A stretch of 32,000 nt of DNA from Microcystis aeruginosa NIES-843. Its GTDB lineage: Bacteria > Cyanobacteriota > Cyanobacteriia > Cyanobacteriales > Microcystaceae. The position numbers and the translations under genes were made by a program. The stretch is taken from assembly GCF_000010625.1 (NCBI RefSeq), contig NC_010296.1, positions 4,440,001-4,472,000 of the forward strand, in the 5' to 3' direction. Below the pieces are notes generated by a model, which saw nothing but the letters and a program-made list of their open reading frames with translations, did no database searches and was not told where the DNA came from. Positions 23,952-32,000 of this stretch are shown here, one piece after another; position 1 is the stretch's first letter, and each line of letters opens with the position of its first letter.

Positions 23952-24142
23952 CCTGGCAATTTCCCTAGGATGTCCTTGTAATCGCATTAAGCGAACCCAC
24001 CAGTAGCGACAGGAGCGCGTCAGACGATTAATTAGGCTATTTTCTTTATTTCTCGCTTTTAATGACCGTGAGCGCATATTTTCGGGCATAAATGCTGACA
24101 AAATTGATACCGACTTCAATTTTAGCAAGGAGTGATTAAGAG

Positions 24143-25516
24143 ATGTTAAACACAGGGGATACGATCGCCGCCATCGCTACGGCGATCGTTCCGGAACAGG
24201 GTAGCATCGGTATTGTCCGTTTATCCGGTAGTGAAGCAGTGGCGATCGCTCGTCGGCTTTTCCATAGCCCCAATCGTCAAAAATGGCAAAGTCATCGTCT
24301 TCTCTACGGTTATATCCGGCATCCCCAAAGTCAAGCAATTATCGATGAAGCTTTGCTGTTGCTCATGTTAGCGCCCCGCTCTTTCACCCGCGAGGATGTG
24401 GTGGAATTTCACTGTCATGGCGGCATTATGCCCGTACAACAGGTGTTACAGTTATGTCTAGAAAATGGGGCGCGTTTGGCACAAGCGGGGGAATTTAGCC
24501 TGCGTGCCTTTCTCAACGGCAGAATTGACCTAACTCAAGCCGAAAGCGTCGTCGATCTCGTTGGGGCGCGTTCTCCCCAAGCGGCACAATTTGCCCTCGC
24601 TGGTTTACAGGGGAAACTCGCTCAACCGATCCGCCATTTGCGCGCCACCTGTCTCGATATTTTGGCTGAAATTGAGGCCCGTATTGACTTTGAAGAAGAT
24701 TTACCGCCCTTGGATCACGCGGCGGTTCTCCATAGCATAGAACAGGTTTTTTGTCAAGTAAATTTAATTTTGGCCACCGCCGAGCGCGGGGAATTGCTGC
24801 GTAGTGGTCTGAAAGTGGCGATCGTGGGGCGGCCGAATGTGGGTAAATCCAGTTTGTTAAATGCTTGGAGTCGGAGCGATCGAGCGATTGTCACCGATTT
24901 ACCCGGCACTACCCGCGATATTGTCGAATCTCAGCTAGTTGTGGCGGGAATCCCCGTACAAGTCCTCGATACGGCAGGAATTCGCTCGGCCAGCGATCGA
25001 GTCGAACAAATTGGGGTGGAACGTTCCCGTCAAACGGCCCGGTCTGCTGATTTAGTTCTCTTAACCGTCTCCGCAGAGTCAGGATGGACCCAGGAAGACG
25101 AGGAAATTTATCGCTCTGTCAGCGATCGCCGATTAATTTTAGTGATTAATAAAATTGATTTGGCTAATCCAGAAACAGTAATTTACCCAGCAGAAATTAA
25201 GCGCGTTGTCAAGCTATCCGCCGCCCAAAATCAGGGTATTGAAGACTTAGAAAAAAGTCTTATTAATGCTGTCCAAAATCAAGAATTACAGGCGGCTAAT
25301 TTAGATTTAGCCATTAATCAACGACAAGCGGCCGCTTTAACTAGGGCGAAAATTGCTTTGCAACAGGTCAAAAAAACAATTGACCAAAATTTACCTTTTG
25401 ATTTTTGGTCGATCGATCTGCGTACTGCCATTCAATCCTTAGGAGAAATTACCGGCGAAGAAGTGACTGAATCGGTACTTGATCGCATTTTTAGCCGTTT
25501 TTGTATTGGTAAATAA
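24143..25516 (+). CDS. mnmE: tRNA modification GTPase MnmE (TrmE)
   Basis: 457 aa. DTIAAIATA at the N-terminus, G1 [13 protein letters not shown]3 DTAG, G4 NKIDL and the C-terminal FCIGK motif are all present. Confidence 0.95.
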
Positions 25517-25600
25517 GCAATGAGGAAATCCAGTCAAACAGAAACAAGGTTTTATCCTTTTGTGTTCGGTTAACTGTAGTCTTGTTGAGAATTAGAGAAC

Positions 25601-25897
25601 TCAGATATTACTGGAAAAAAATACTTTCCAAGCAGCCGTAATAATGGCACTTCCCAAAAGGATGATTAATGTCCAGACCTGATTTTTTTGGGTTCCCTCT
25701 ACTGATCTGAGCCGATTGTCGATGCCTTCAATTTTCCCGTCTAACACTTTAATATCCCCTTTGAGATCGGCTATTCCTATTTCTACTTTTGTCAAGCGCT
25801 CATCAATCTTATCGAATTTTTGACTAACTTCCTTGATACTGTCTTTAATTTCTTTAAGGACGACATCCAGGGAATAAGTGACAGTTTCGTTAGACAT
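25601..25897 (-). CDS. Tail-anchored coiled-coil protein, paralogue A (98 aa), XhlA-like architecture
   Basis: MSNETVTYSL... has a heptad-like KIDERLTKVEIGIADLKGDIKVLDGKIEGIDNRLRSVEG segment and the C-terminal TM VWTLIILLGSAIITAAWKVFF. Confidence 0.65.
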   Translation of the reverse strand: MSNETVTYSLDVVLKEIKDSIKEVSQKFDKIDERLTKVEIGIADLKGDIKVLDGKIEGIDNRLRSVEGTQKNQVWTLIILLGSAIITAAWKVFFSSNI

Positions 25898-26009
25898 TGG
25901 CTAAACTCCTATACTGCATCTGGTTGGATATAATTTTATCTTAGTCTAGGCTTTAAGAAAATTTTCTTTCAGGAGCGATTAACTGTAGTCTTGTTGAGAA
26001 TTAGAGAAC

Positions 26010-26318
26010 TCAGATATTACTGGAAAAAAATACTTTCCACCCAGCCGTAATAATGGCACTTCCCAAAAGGATAATTAATGTCCAGACCTGATTTTTTTGG
26101 GTTCCTTCCACTGATTTTAGCCGATTGTCGATGCCTTCGATTTTCTCGTCTAACACTTTAATATCACCTTTGAGATCAGTTACTCCTATTTCTAGTTTGG
26201 TTAACCGATCTTCTACCTTGTCAAATCTTTCGTTAACCCGCTTCTCAAGCGAGTCGATCTTTCCCTCAATCCTTGTGAGGACAGCTTCTAGGGAATAAGT
26301 AACAGTTTCGTTAGACAT
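26010..26318 (-). CDS. Tail-anchored coiled-coil protein, paralogue B (102 aa)
   Basis: Same N-terminus and C-terminal TM as the other paralogues. It carries 11 extra residues in the coiled-coil part relative to the 91-aa copies. Confidence 0.65.
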   Translation of the reverse strand: MSNETVTYSLEAVLTRIEGKIDSLEKRVNERFDKVEDRLTKLEIGVTDLKGDIKVLDEKIEGIDNRLKSVEGTQKNQVWTLIILLGSAIITAGWKVFFSSNI

Positions 26319-26431
26319 TTGGTAAACTCCTATACTGCATCCGGTTGGATATAATTTTATCTTAAGTCTAGGCTTTAAGAAAATTTTCTTTCAGGAGCGG
26401 TTAACTGTAGTCTTGTTGAGAATTAGAAAGA

Positions 26432-26707
26432 TCAGATATTACTGGAAAAAAATACTTTCCATCCGGCCGTAAAAATGGCACTCCCCAAAAGGATAATTAA
26501 TGTCCAGACCTGATTTTTTTGGGTTCCCTCTACCGATATTAGCCGATTGTCGATGCCTTCGATTTTCTCGTCTAACACTTTAATATCCCCTTTGAGATCG
26601 GTTAATCCTATTTCTACTTTTGTCAAGCGCTCATCAATCTTATCGATCTTTCCCTCAATCCTTGTGAGGACAGCTTCTAGGGAATAAGTAACAGTTTCGT
26701 TAGACAT
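26432..26707 (-). CDS. Tail-anchored coiled-coil protein, paralogue C (91 aa)
   Basis: The protein is identical to paralogue D. It has its own RBS. Confidence 0.65.
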   Translation of the reverse strand: MSNETVTYSLEAVLTRIEGKIDKIDERLTKVEIGLTDLKGDIKVLDEKIEGIDNRLISVEGTQKNQVWTLIILLGSAIFTAGWKVFFSSNI

Positions 26708-26820
26708 TGGCTAAACTCCTATACTGCATCCGGTTGGATATAATTTTATCTTAAGTCTAGGCTTTAAGAAAATTTTCTTTCAGGAGCGGTTAACTGTAGT
26801 CTTGTTGAGAATTAGAAAGA

Positions 26821-27096
26821 TCAGATATTACTGGAAAAAAATACTTTCCATCCGGCCGTAAAAATGGCACTCCCCAAAAGGATAATTAATGTCCAGACCT
26901 GATTTTTTTGGGTTCCCTCTACCGATATTAGCCGATTGTCGATGCCTTCGATTTTCTCGTCTAACACTTTAATATCCCCTTTGAGATCGGTTAATCCTAT
27001 TTCTACTTTTGTCAAGCGCTCATCAATCTTATCGATCTTTCCCTCAATCCTGGTTAGGACAGCTTCTAGGGAATAAGTAACAGTTTCGTTAGACAT
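26821..27096 (-). CDS. Tail-anchored coiled-coil protein, paralogue D (91 aa)
   Basis: The protein is identical to paralogue C. In the stretches I compared by eye, the DNA differs at two synonymous positions (CTC ACA in C versus CTA ACC in D, in VLTR). Confidence 0.65.
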   Translation of the reverse strand: MSNETVTYSLEAVLTRIEGKIDKIDERLTKVEIGLTDLKGDIKVLDEKIEGIDNRLISVEGTQKNQVWTLIILLGSAIFTAGWKVFFSSNI

Positions 27097-27446
27097 TGGC
27101 TAAACTCCTATACTGCATCTGGTTGGATATAATTTTATCTTAAGTCTAGGCTTTTTGGCATTCCTTACCCCACAGTTAACTTCACTTCTGTCCAACCACT
27201 GAGATAGTGTTAGGTGAAAACTTCGCTACTTTCTTGTCACTGATTAGCGGTTACTGTTCATTCTCTGCGAAAAAACCCTAACCCCTAACACCGATAACCC
27301 TAACCCCAAATTTTTTCGGGAACTTCCTAACATCCCATTCATCTTAAAGCCTAGATTCCGCCTGGAAAAAGGAGGAAATCCAGAGGAGTTTCCGGCTTTT
27401 TTCCTAGCCCTCTCGGTTTTCTTTTGGTTTGACACTCCCATCGCAC

Positions 27447-28822
27447 TCATGCGAGGGATTCTTCGTTCACAGGGAGATGCCTTGCAAAAGCAGTGCCTTT
27501 ACTTGGTCTTACTCTCCCTCCAGAAGCAGTAGCGGTATGCCCTACCGCCAAAATTCGTAAACCTTCATCCCGAATATTCTTAGCGGCATTGATGTCTCTA
27601 TCGTGGTTTTCTCCACACTTAGGACATTGCCAACTACGAATATCTAAACTCAAACTATCAACAGGATTTAAACAGTTACTACAAGTCTTAGAGCTAGGAA
27701 AGAATCTATCTACTTCTATATAGGGCTTGCTGAATAAATCTAAAAACCTTTTTGGGTAATACTTTCAGACTTTTTGTCAATCAAAAAGTACCAGTTCTGG
27801 AAGCGATCGGGGTAAAATTCAGGTACTTTTTCTCTGAAAATTAGGTAATTGACCAGATGAGAATCGGTAAAAACCTACACCCCACACCCCACACCCCACA
27901 CCCCACACCCTGTCCCTACGAAAAACTTTTTCAGCAGACCCTATATAGATTTTTCCTTCCCATTCAGCCTTGTATTTTAACATAGTACAGAATTGACCCC
28001 AACCAGCATCACTAATTGATTTTGCTAGTTTAGGGTTTTTGACCATGTTTCTGACTGCCAGATTTTCCACCACTATGACTTGGTTTTCGTCAACTAATTT
28101 ACGACTTAGTTTGTGCAGAAAATCTTCACGACAACGAACGATTTTAGAGTTAACTTTAGCAACTTTAACTCTAGCTTTATTTCGATTCTTAGAGCCTTTT
28201 TGCTGGCGGCTTAGTTTCTTTTGTCTCCTCGCTAATCTTTGTTCGTACTTACGATAGTATTGAGGATTCCCGTGTTTAGTCCCATCTGATGTAATAGCAA
28301 AATGGGTTAGTCCAACATCTATCCCGACAGCTTTTCCTTCTGATGATTTTTGGGGTAAATCCTTGCCATCATCATAGAGACAAGATGCGAAATATTCTCC
28401 TGATGGATTAACTGAAACCGTAACAGACTTTAAGTCTCCCTCTGGTTGCCGTGAAACTTGGCAATAGACTTCACCAATTTTAGGTAATACCAAAACATCA
28501 TCTTTTAACTTACAGTGTTGAGGAAATCTAATCGACTGCCTATTTTGCTTTTTCTTGAAGTTAGGATATTTAGCTCTACCTTCAAAAAAGTTAAGGAAAG
28601 CACTAGAAAGATTTAAAGCAGCTTGTTGTAATACCTGCGACGGTGCTTCGCTTAACCACTCATGCTCTTTTTTTAAGGAAGGCAGCAGCTTAATTATTTC
28701 GTCTCTGCTTAATCCTTTTCCAGTTTGCTTGTAAGTTTCGGATGTTAAGTTTAGAGCGTAATTGTAAAACCATCTAGCACAGCCAAACGACTTGGCAAGC
28801 AAAACTGATTGCTCACTGGTCG
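27447..28822 (-). pseudogene. tnpB: TnpB (IS605 OrfB-type), codons 15 to end, interrupted by MITE A
   Basis: [25 protein letters not shown]...[10 protein letters not shown]...[11 protein letters not shown]...[10 protein letters not shown] is followed by the MITE (27721-27943). The frame then continues EVDRFFPSSKTCSNCLNPVDSLSLDIRSWQCPKCGENHDRDINAAKNI, which holds the zinc finger and the third RuvC motif. Confidence 0.8.
27721..27943 (+). mobile_element. MITE family A, copy 3
   Basis: TAGGGCTTGCTGAATAAATC ... (CACCCCACACCC)n ... TTTTTCAGCAGACCCTA. It splits tnpB between ...GKIYI and EVDRFF... Short direct duplications flank it (ATATA). Confidence 0.8.
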
Positions 28823-31193
28823 GTTGCCCTAAGCCAGATATGTCACCATTCTGGCTCGGCTTCAAAACGGTGCGTGAGACTTTCACCTCACACCGCTCCT
28901 CTCTCCAATGGCTCTTTGTCATGAGTACCAGTTTTATCTAATGCAGTTTTAGAATCGTGGCAATGTCGATGGAGTAACTGTTTATTATCTCGATTGTTTT
29001 TACCCCCTTTTGATTTAGGGATAATGTGGTCGGTTTCGAGTATGTCTCCATCTTGGAAATATAGTCCACAATATGCACAACGTCCTTGCTGTCTTTTGAG
29101 TAGAACAGCTTTTTCTGGTGGCATTTCTGGGTGTTTACCCATTCGACTACTCCAATATATTAAATCCCCATCATAGGGACTTTTATCCCCTTTCACCTTG
29201 ACGTATCTTACGATTTTTGTATCTAGGTGTCTTGCCAGTTTGAAGGGGTTTTTACCTTCTCTTGTGCTGAATACCCAATTATCTTTTCCCTCAGTATGCC
29301 AATATTTACGCATTATCCAAGTTTTGTTTTTCATTGGGTGTCGTCTGTCTGCCCATCTTTTGAGTTTTTCAAAGAAGTAGTAATCACAATCTGTGAATGT
29401 TTTTGAGCTTACTACTGATGAATAGTAATTGCTCCATCCTCTAATGATTGGATTGAGTCGTTTGATTAAGGCATCCTGTGGGGATGACTTCTGACTATTT
29501 ACTACTTCTCCCAATTTCTTTAGATGGGACTTGACTTTTTCAGCACTAGGCTTGATTAGGTTTTTAAAACCTAGTTTGACTCCTTTACTACTTTTTGCCC
29601 CGTGATGTTTTCCGACTTGGTATTGCCTGATGTTGAATCCGAGAAAATCAAATCCAACGTAATCATCATAAGTTTCAAGAGTATGGGATATTCTTGTTTT
29701 ACTAGGCTTCAGTTCTAGCCCCATTTCTGCTAACCATTGTTTAATGATTTCCTGACATTCCTTTATTACCTTTAAATCTTCGTGCAGGATAACAAAATCA
29801 TCTGCATATCTGATTAGGGTTAAGGCTTGTTCATTTTTGGATTTATTGCCTTTCAGAGTTCTTGCATATTGCTTAACTCTTTCTTCCATGCCGTGTAAGG
29901 CTATGTTAGCTAGTAAAGGGGAGATTACACCTCCCTGTGGTGTGCCTTCATTGGTAGGGAATAGGTTTTTTCCATCCATGACTCCACTCTTTAGCCATGC
30001 TTTGATTTGTTGTCTTAGCTTGGGGTAAGTTTGAAGTTTTGTCAGTAGTTTCTGGTGGTTTATTTGATCAAAGCATTTACTTATGTCCGCATCTAGCACA
30101 TATTTGGGCTTTTTGTTGATGCTTATGTAGATTGCTCCGATTGCGTCATGGGCTGAACGTGCTGGTCTAAATCCATAACTGTTAGGTTCAAATTTTGCTT
30201 CCCATTCGGGTTCTAATGCCAGTTTTACTAAGGCTTGTAATGCCCGTTCGTACATGGTGGGAATCCCTAGAGGTCGCTTTTCATCCGTATTGGGTTTTGG
30301 TATCCATACTCTACGAGTTGCTTTTGATTTATTGCCAAGTTTTAGATTATTGACAAGTGCCATTCTTTGTTTGGGTGTTAAGGATTTTATCCCATCTACC
30401 CCGGCGGTTTTCTTGCCTTGATTATCTTGGCTAACCCGTCTGACGGCTATCAGTTTGGCGTACCAGCTTTTTAGGAGTAGCCTTTGTAATTTGTGGACTA
30501 ATTTGACATCACCCCGTTGACTGGCTTTGAATATTCTTTTTGGTAACTTAAAAACACATCTTTCAGCTTTTCGCCAGTTGATGTCCTTCCATTCATACAT
30601 CGGTTTTGTTGCCGTGTTCATAACTTTTTCATTACTACTTAAGACCATTCATTCCATTGAACAGTGTGTACGTCAGCATATCCTTATCTATTACAGATAG
30701 GCGTTGGCTTCTTACACAATCCTTTCCTATATGAGTCTTACGCTGGTTACTACTTAGATTTCGACCTATCTAAGAGATTCATAAGGATTACTTCGTTCCC
30801 AACCACCGTATTCCTAACTTTAGTGTCTTCCTCTATACCGAAGCTGTGTAGATGATTCTGGTTGAACTCTATCTTTTCCCAGTACGTTAGCTTGTTAACA
30901 TTTTGTTGCCAGCCAATAATCTGTGTAGGCTAGGTTTCAGTGACGATACTTCTGACGGAAGTTCTTATTCATACACATAGTTAGATGCTAGACAGGTTTT
31001 GATGTCAGATTCATCTTTACTGCCATTTAACCCCGCTTTTCCCCTTTTGATGACCGTTCTCCACAGGAAGGGGTTATGCTGTCACTCCATCATCTGGAGG
31101 GAAGGACTTTCACCTTCACGGTTATTGAGTTATCAAGGTTCTCAACCTTGTCCTACCCACGTCTGTTAGACTTTTGGTAGGAACGAGTCGCAC
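28823..31193 (-). mobile_element. Group II intron (2371 nt) with intron-encoded protein
   Basis: The minus-strand 5' end is GTGCGAC at 31193. Domain V is GAGCGGTGTGAGGTGAAAGTCTCACGCACCGTTT at 28865-28898, followed by a domain VI-like hairpin. The 3' end ...GGGCAAC is at 28823. The flanking exons join in frame to give a TnpB N-terminus. Confidence 0.85.
28888..30648 (-). CDS. Group II intron reverse transcriptase/maturase with C-terminal HNH endonuclease domain
   Basis: RT motifs are [43 protein letters not shown] and RYADDFVIL. The maturase X region has RGWSNYY. The HNH region is CAYCGLYF...[27 protein letters not shown]. The likely start is ATG 30621 ([11 protein letters not shown]). Confidence 0.9.
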   Translation of the reverse strand: MVLSSNEKVMNTATKPMYEWKDINWRKAERCVFKLPKRIFKASQRGDVKLVHKLQRLLLKSWYAKLIAVRRVSQDNQGKKTAGVDGIKSLTPKQRMALVNNLKLGNKSKATRRVWIPKPNTDEKRPLGIPTMYERALQALVKLALEPEWEAKFEPNSYGFRPARSAHDAIGAIYISINKKPKYVLDADISKCFDQINHQKLLTKLQTYPKLRQQIKAWLKSGVMDGKNLFPTNEGTPQGGVISPLLANIALHGMEERVKQYARTLKGNKSKNEQALTLIRYADDFVILHEDLKVIKECQEIIKQWLAEMGLELKPSKTRISHTLETYDDYVGFDFLGFNIRQYQVGKHHGAKSSKGVKLGFKNLIKPSAEKVKSHLKKLGEVVNSQKSSPQDALIKRLNPIIRGWSNYYSSVVSSKTFTDCDYYFFEKLKRWADRRHPMKNKTWIMRKYWHTEGKDNWVFSTREGKNPFKLARHLDTKIVRYVKVKGDKSPYDGDLIYWSSRMGKHPEMPPEKAVLLKRQQGRCAYCGLYFQDGDILETDHIIPKSKGGKNNRDNKQLLHRHCHDSKTALDKTGTHDKEPLERGAV

Positions 31194-31236
31194 GATAGAT
31201 TCTGTACTTAAACGCTTTTAATATCTTGTTTACCAA
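31194..31236 (-). pseudogene. tnpB: tnpB exon 1 (first 14 codons plus 1 nt)
   Basis: TTG GTA AAC AAG ATA TTA AAA GCG TTT AAG TAC AGA ATC TAT C encodes (M)VNKILKAFKYRIY. Spliced to 28822 it gives ...[19 protein letters not shown]..., the canonical TnpB N-terminus. Confidence 0.7.
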
Positions 31237-31395
31237 ACTAAATTTACTATGGTAAGCTATGCAAGGCTAAATTGTCAAGGATTTAATCGTGCTTCGCTGT
31301 TTTATATTGGTCGGGGTTTCATCCTGTCAGTACGAGGGTCTTCACCCCGACATCTGTGATAAATTGGGTTATGTGTGCAAAGGAGTGAGCGAGTG

Positions 31396-32000
31396 GTGTT
31401 TAGCATCGAACCAAAAATTATCAATCCGCCCAAAAACCGTCATGATTATCAATTGTCGGAAGCAATTCGCTATCGTGCTTGGGTAGAGATTGATCGCTCG
31501 GCCTTACAACAAAACGTGCGAAAAGTCAAGGCCTTATTAGCCCCAAAAACGGAATTAATAGCGGTAATTAAAGCCGATGCTTACGGACACGGGGCAGTTA
31601 AGGTGGCTAACAGCGTTTTAGAAGCTGGAGCGCAATCTTTAGCCATCGCGACTATCGGGGAAGGTATCGAACTACGGGAAGCGGGAATCGTTGCCCCAAT
31701 TATGATTTTAGGGGCAGTGAACACCCCGGAAGAAGTGGCAGCCTTAGCCCATTGGCAATTGCAACCCACCCTGGTGCAAATCGAACAGGTGCAAATTTTT
31801 GCCAGCGTGATGAGACGCTTAGAGCAGCGGCTGCCGGTTCATATCAAACTAGATACGGGGATGTCTCGCTTAGGTACACAATGGCAAAACGGCACAAAAT
31901 TCGTCGAACAGGTTTTAGAGGCTCCTAACCTGAAAATTGCCAGTATATACTCGCATTTTGCCACGGCTGACGATCCCAACCCCGAAATCATGCAGTTACA
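31396..32000 (+). CDS. alr: Alanine racemase, N-terminal part (runs off the right edge)
   Basis: The frame reads ...AWVEIDRSALQQNVRKVKALLAPKTELIAVIKADAYGHGAVKVA... (PLP-lysine motif KADAYGHG) ...HIKLDTGMSRLG...YSHFATAD. The start is GTG 31393 or 31396, after AGGAG. Confidence 0.85.
   Translation, partial: MFSIEPKIINPPKNRHDYQLSEAIRYRAWVEIDRSALQQNVRKVKALLAPKTELIAVIKADAYGHGAVKVANSVLEAGAQSLAIATIGEGIELREAGIVAPIMILGAVNTPEEVAALAHWQLQPTLVQIEQVQIFASVMRRLEQRLPVHIKLDTGMSRLGTQWQNGTKFVEQVLEAPNLKIASIYSHFATADDPNPEIMQL

Larger units (their letters stand above)
25570..27153 (-). repeat. Four-unit tandem gene array (units of 409, 422, 389 and ~364 bp)
   Basis: The unit start TTAACTGTAGTCTTGTTGAGAATTAGA recurs at 25570, 25979, 26401 and 26790. 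Each unit contains one small ORF plus a conserved upstream region with TAGGAG 9 nt before the ATG. Confidence 0.9.
27427..31350 (-). mobile_element. IS605-family tnpB-only element carrying a MITE and a group II intron (5' boundary uncertain)
   Basis: The right end is GGGAGTGTCAAAC, ending at about 27427. The tnpB start TTG is at 31236. An imperfect hairpin TCGGGGTTTCATCC...GGGTCTTCACCCCGA at 31311-31350 may belong to the left end. Confidence 0.55.

Noticed and set aside
23931-24128. 65-aa minus-strand ORF between the IS end and mnmE
   Set aside because: It overlaps the IS right-end hairpin and the mnmE upstream region, and has no RBS or motifs.
24865-25050. 61-aa plus-strand ORF inside mnmE
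   Set aside because: It is an alternative frame of a confidently identified gene.
25570-27153. Regular ~400-bp periodicity, considered as a CRISPR-like or satellite array
   Set aside because: The units are far longer than CRISPR repeat-spacer units. Each contains a complete ORF with an RBS, and there are no short conserved repeats separated by unique spacers.
27244-27723. ORFs 27244-27450 (-) and 27493-27723 (+)
   Set aside because: The first lies in the G-rich repeat tract beyond the IS end. The second is antisense to the tnpB zinc-finger/RuvC segment.
28039-29380. Plus-strand ORFs 28039-28257, 28994-29176 and 29198-29380 (also 29837-30028)
   Set aside because: They are antisense to tnpB or to the group II intron RT gene.
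30664-30855. 63-aa plus-strand ORF
   Set aside because: It lies antisense within intron domains I-III, which are structured RNA rather than coding sequence.
31289-31769. ORFs 31289-31486 (+) and 31581-31769 (-)
   Set aside because: The first is out of frame with alr and spans its start region. The second is antisense to alr.

Overview
This looks like a cyanobacterial chromosome segment. It has about 40% GC, several HIP1 GCGATCGC sites and many small dispersed repeats. A Microcystis-like origin is my inference only.

Housekeeping genes: mnmA 5' part (1-344, -), an alpha/beta hydrolase, a tandem-Usp protein, mnmE (24143-25516, +) and the alr 5' part (31396-32000, +). They are separated by accessory tracts that are heavily colonised by mobile DNA and largely decayed.

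Main content:
1. An integron-type integrase (intI) is inactivated by a 1-nt frameshift and by an IS4-family insertion with a 9-bp target duplication. An attI-like repeat array carrying a GTTRRRY core sits next to it. Three plus-strand genes lie downstream of that array.
2. Three copies of one DDE IS (ISKra4-like, assigned from memory) are present. Two of them sandwich a NACHT-like gene fragment.
3. A four-ORF operon (12723-15368) ends in what was originally a single fused ABC ATPase-permease ORF. That ORF now carries a premature TAG and is split by a MITE.
4. A toxin-antitoxin-rich tract (15.7-20.7 kb) holds a PIN-like pair, a retropepsin-like pair, a DUF433/DUF5615 remnant and hicBA.
5. Nested dead transposons: an IS630-like element abuts a truncated IS605-like tnpA. 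Two tnpB genes are each broken by a MITE, and one also carries a complete ORF-containing group II intron inserted at codon 15.
6. A four-unit tandem array (25570-27153) encodes small tail-anchored coiled-coil proteins.

Two MITE families recur, with three copies each. All three copies of family B and two of the three copies of family A interrupt ORFs; the third family A copy abuts and supplies the stop codon of the 450-1085 ORF. No rRNA, tRNA or CRISPR array was seen. All family names come from motif recognition by eye. No database search was run.
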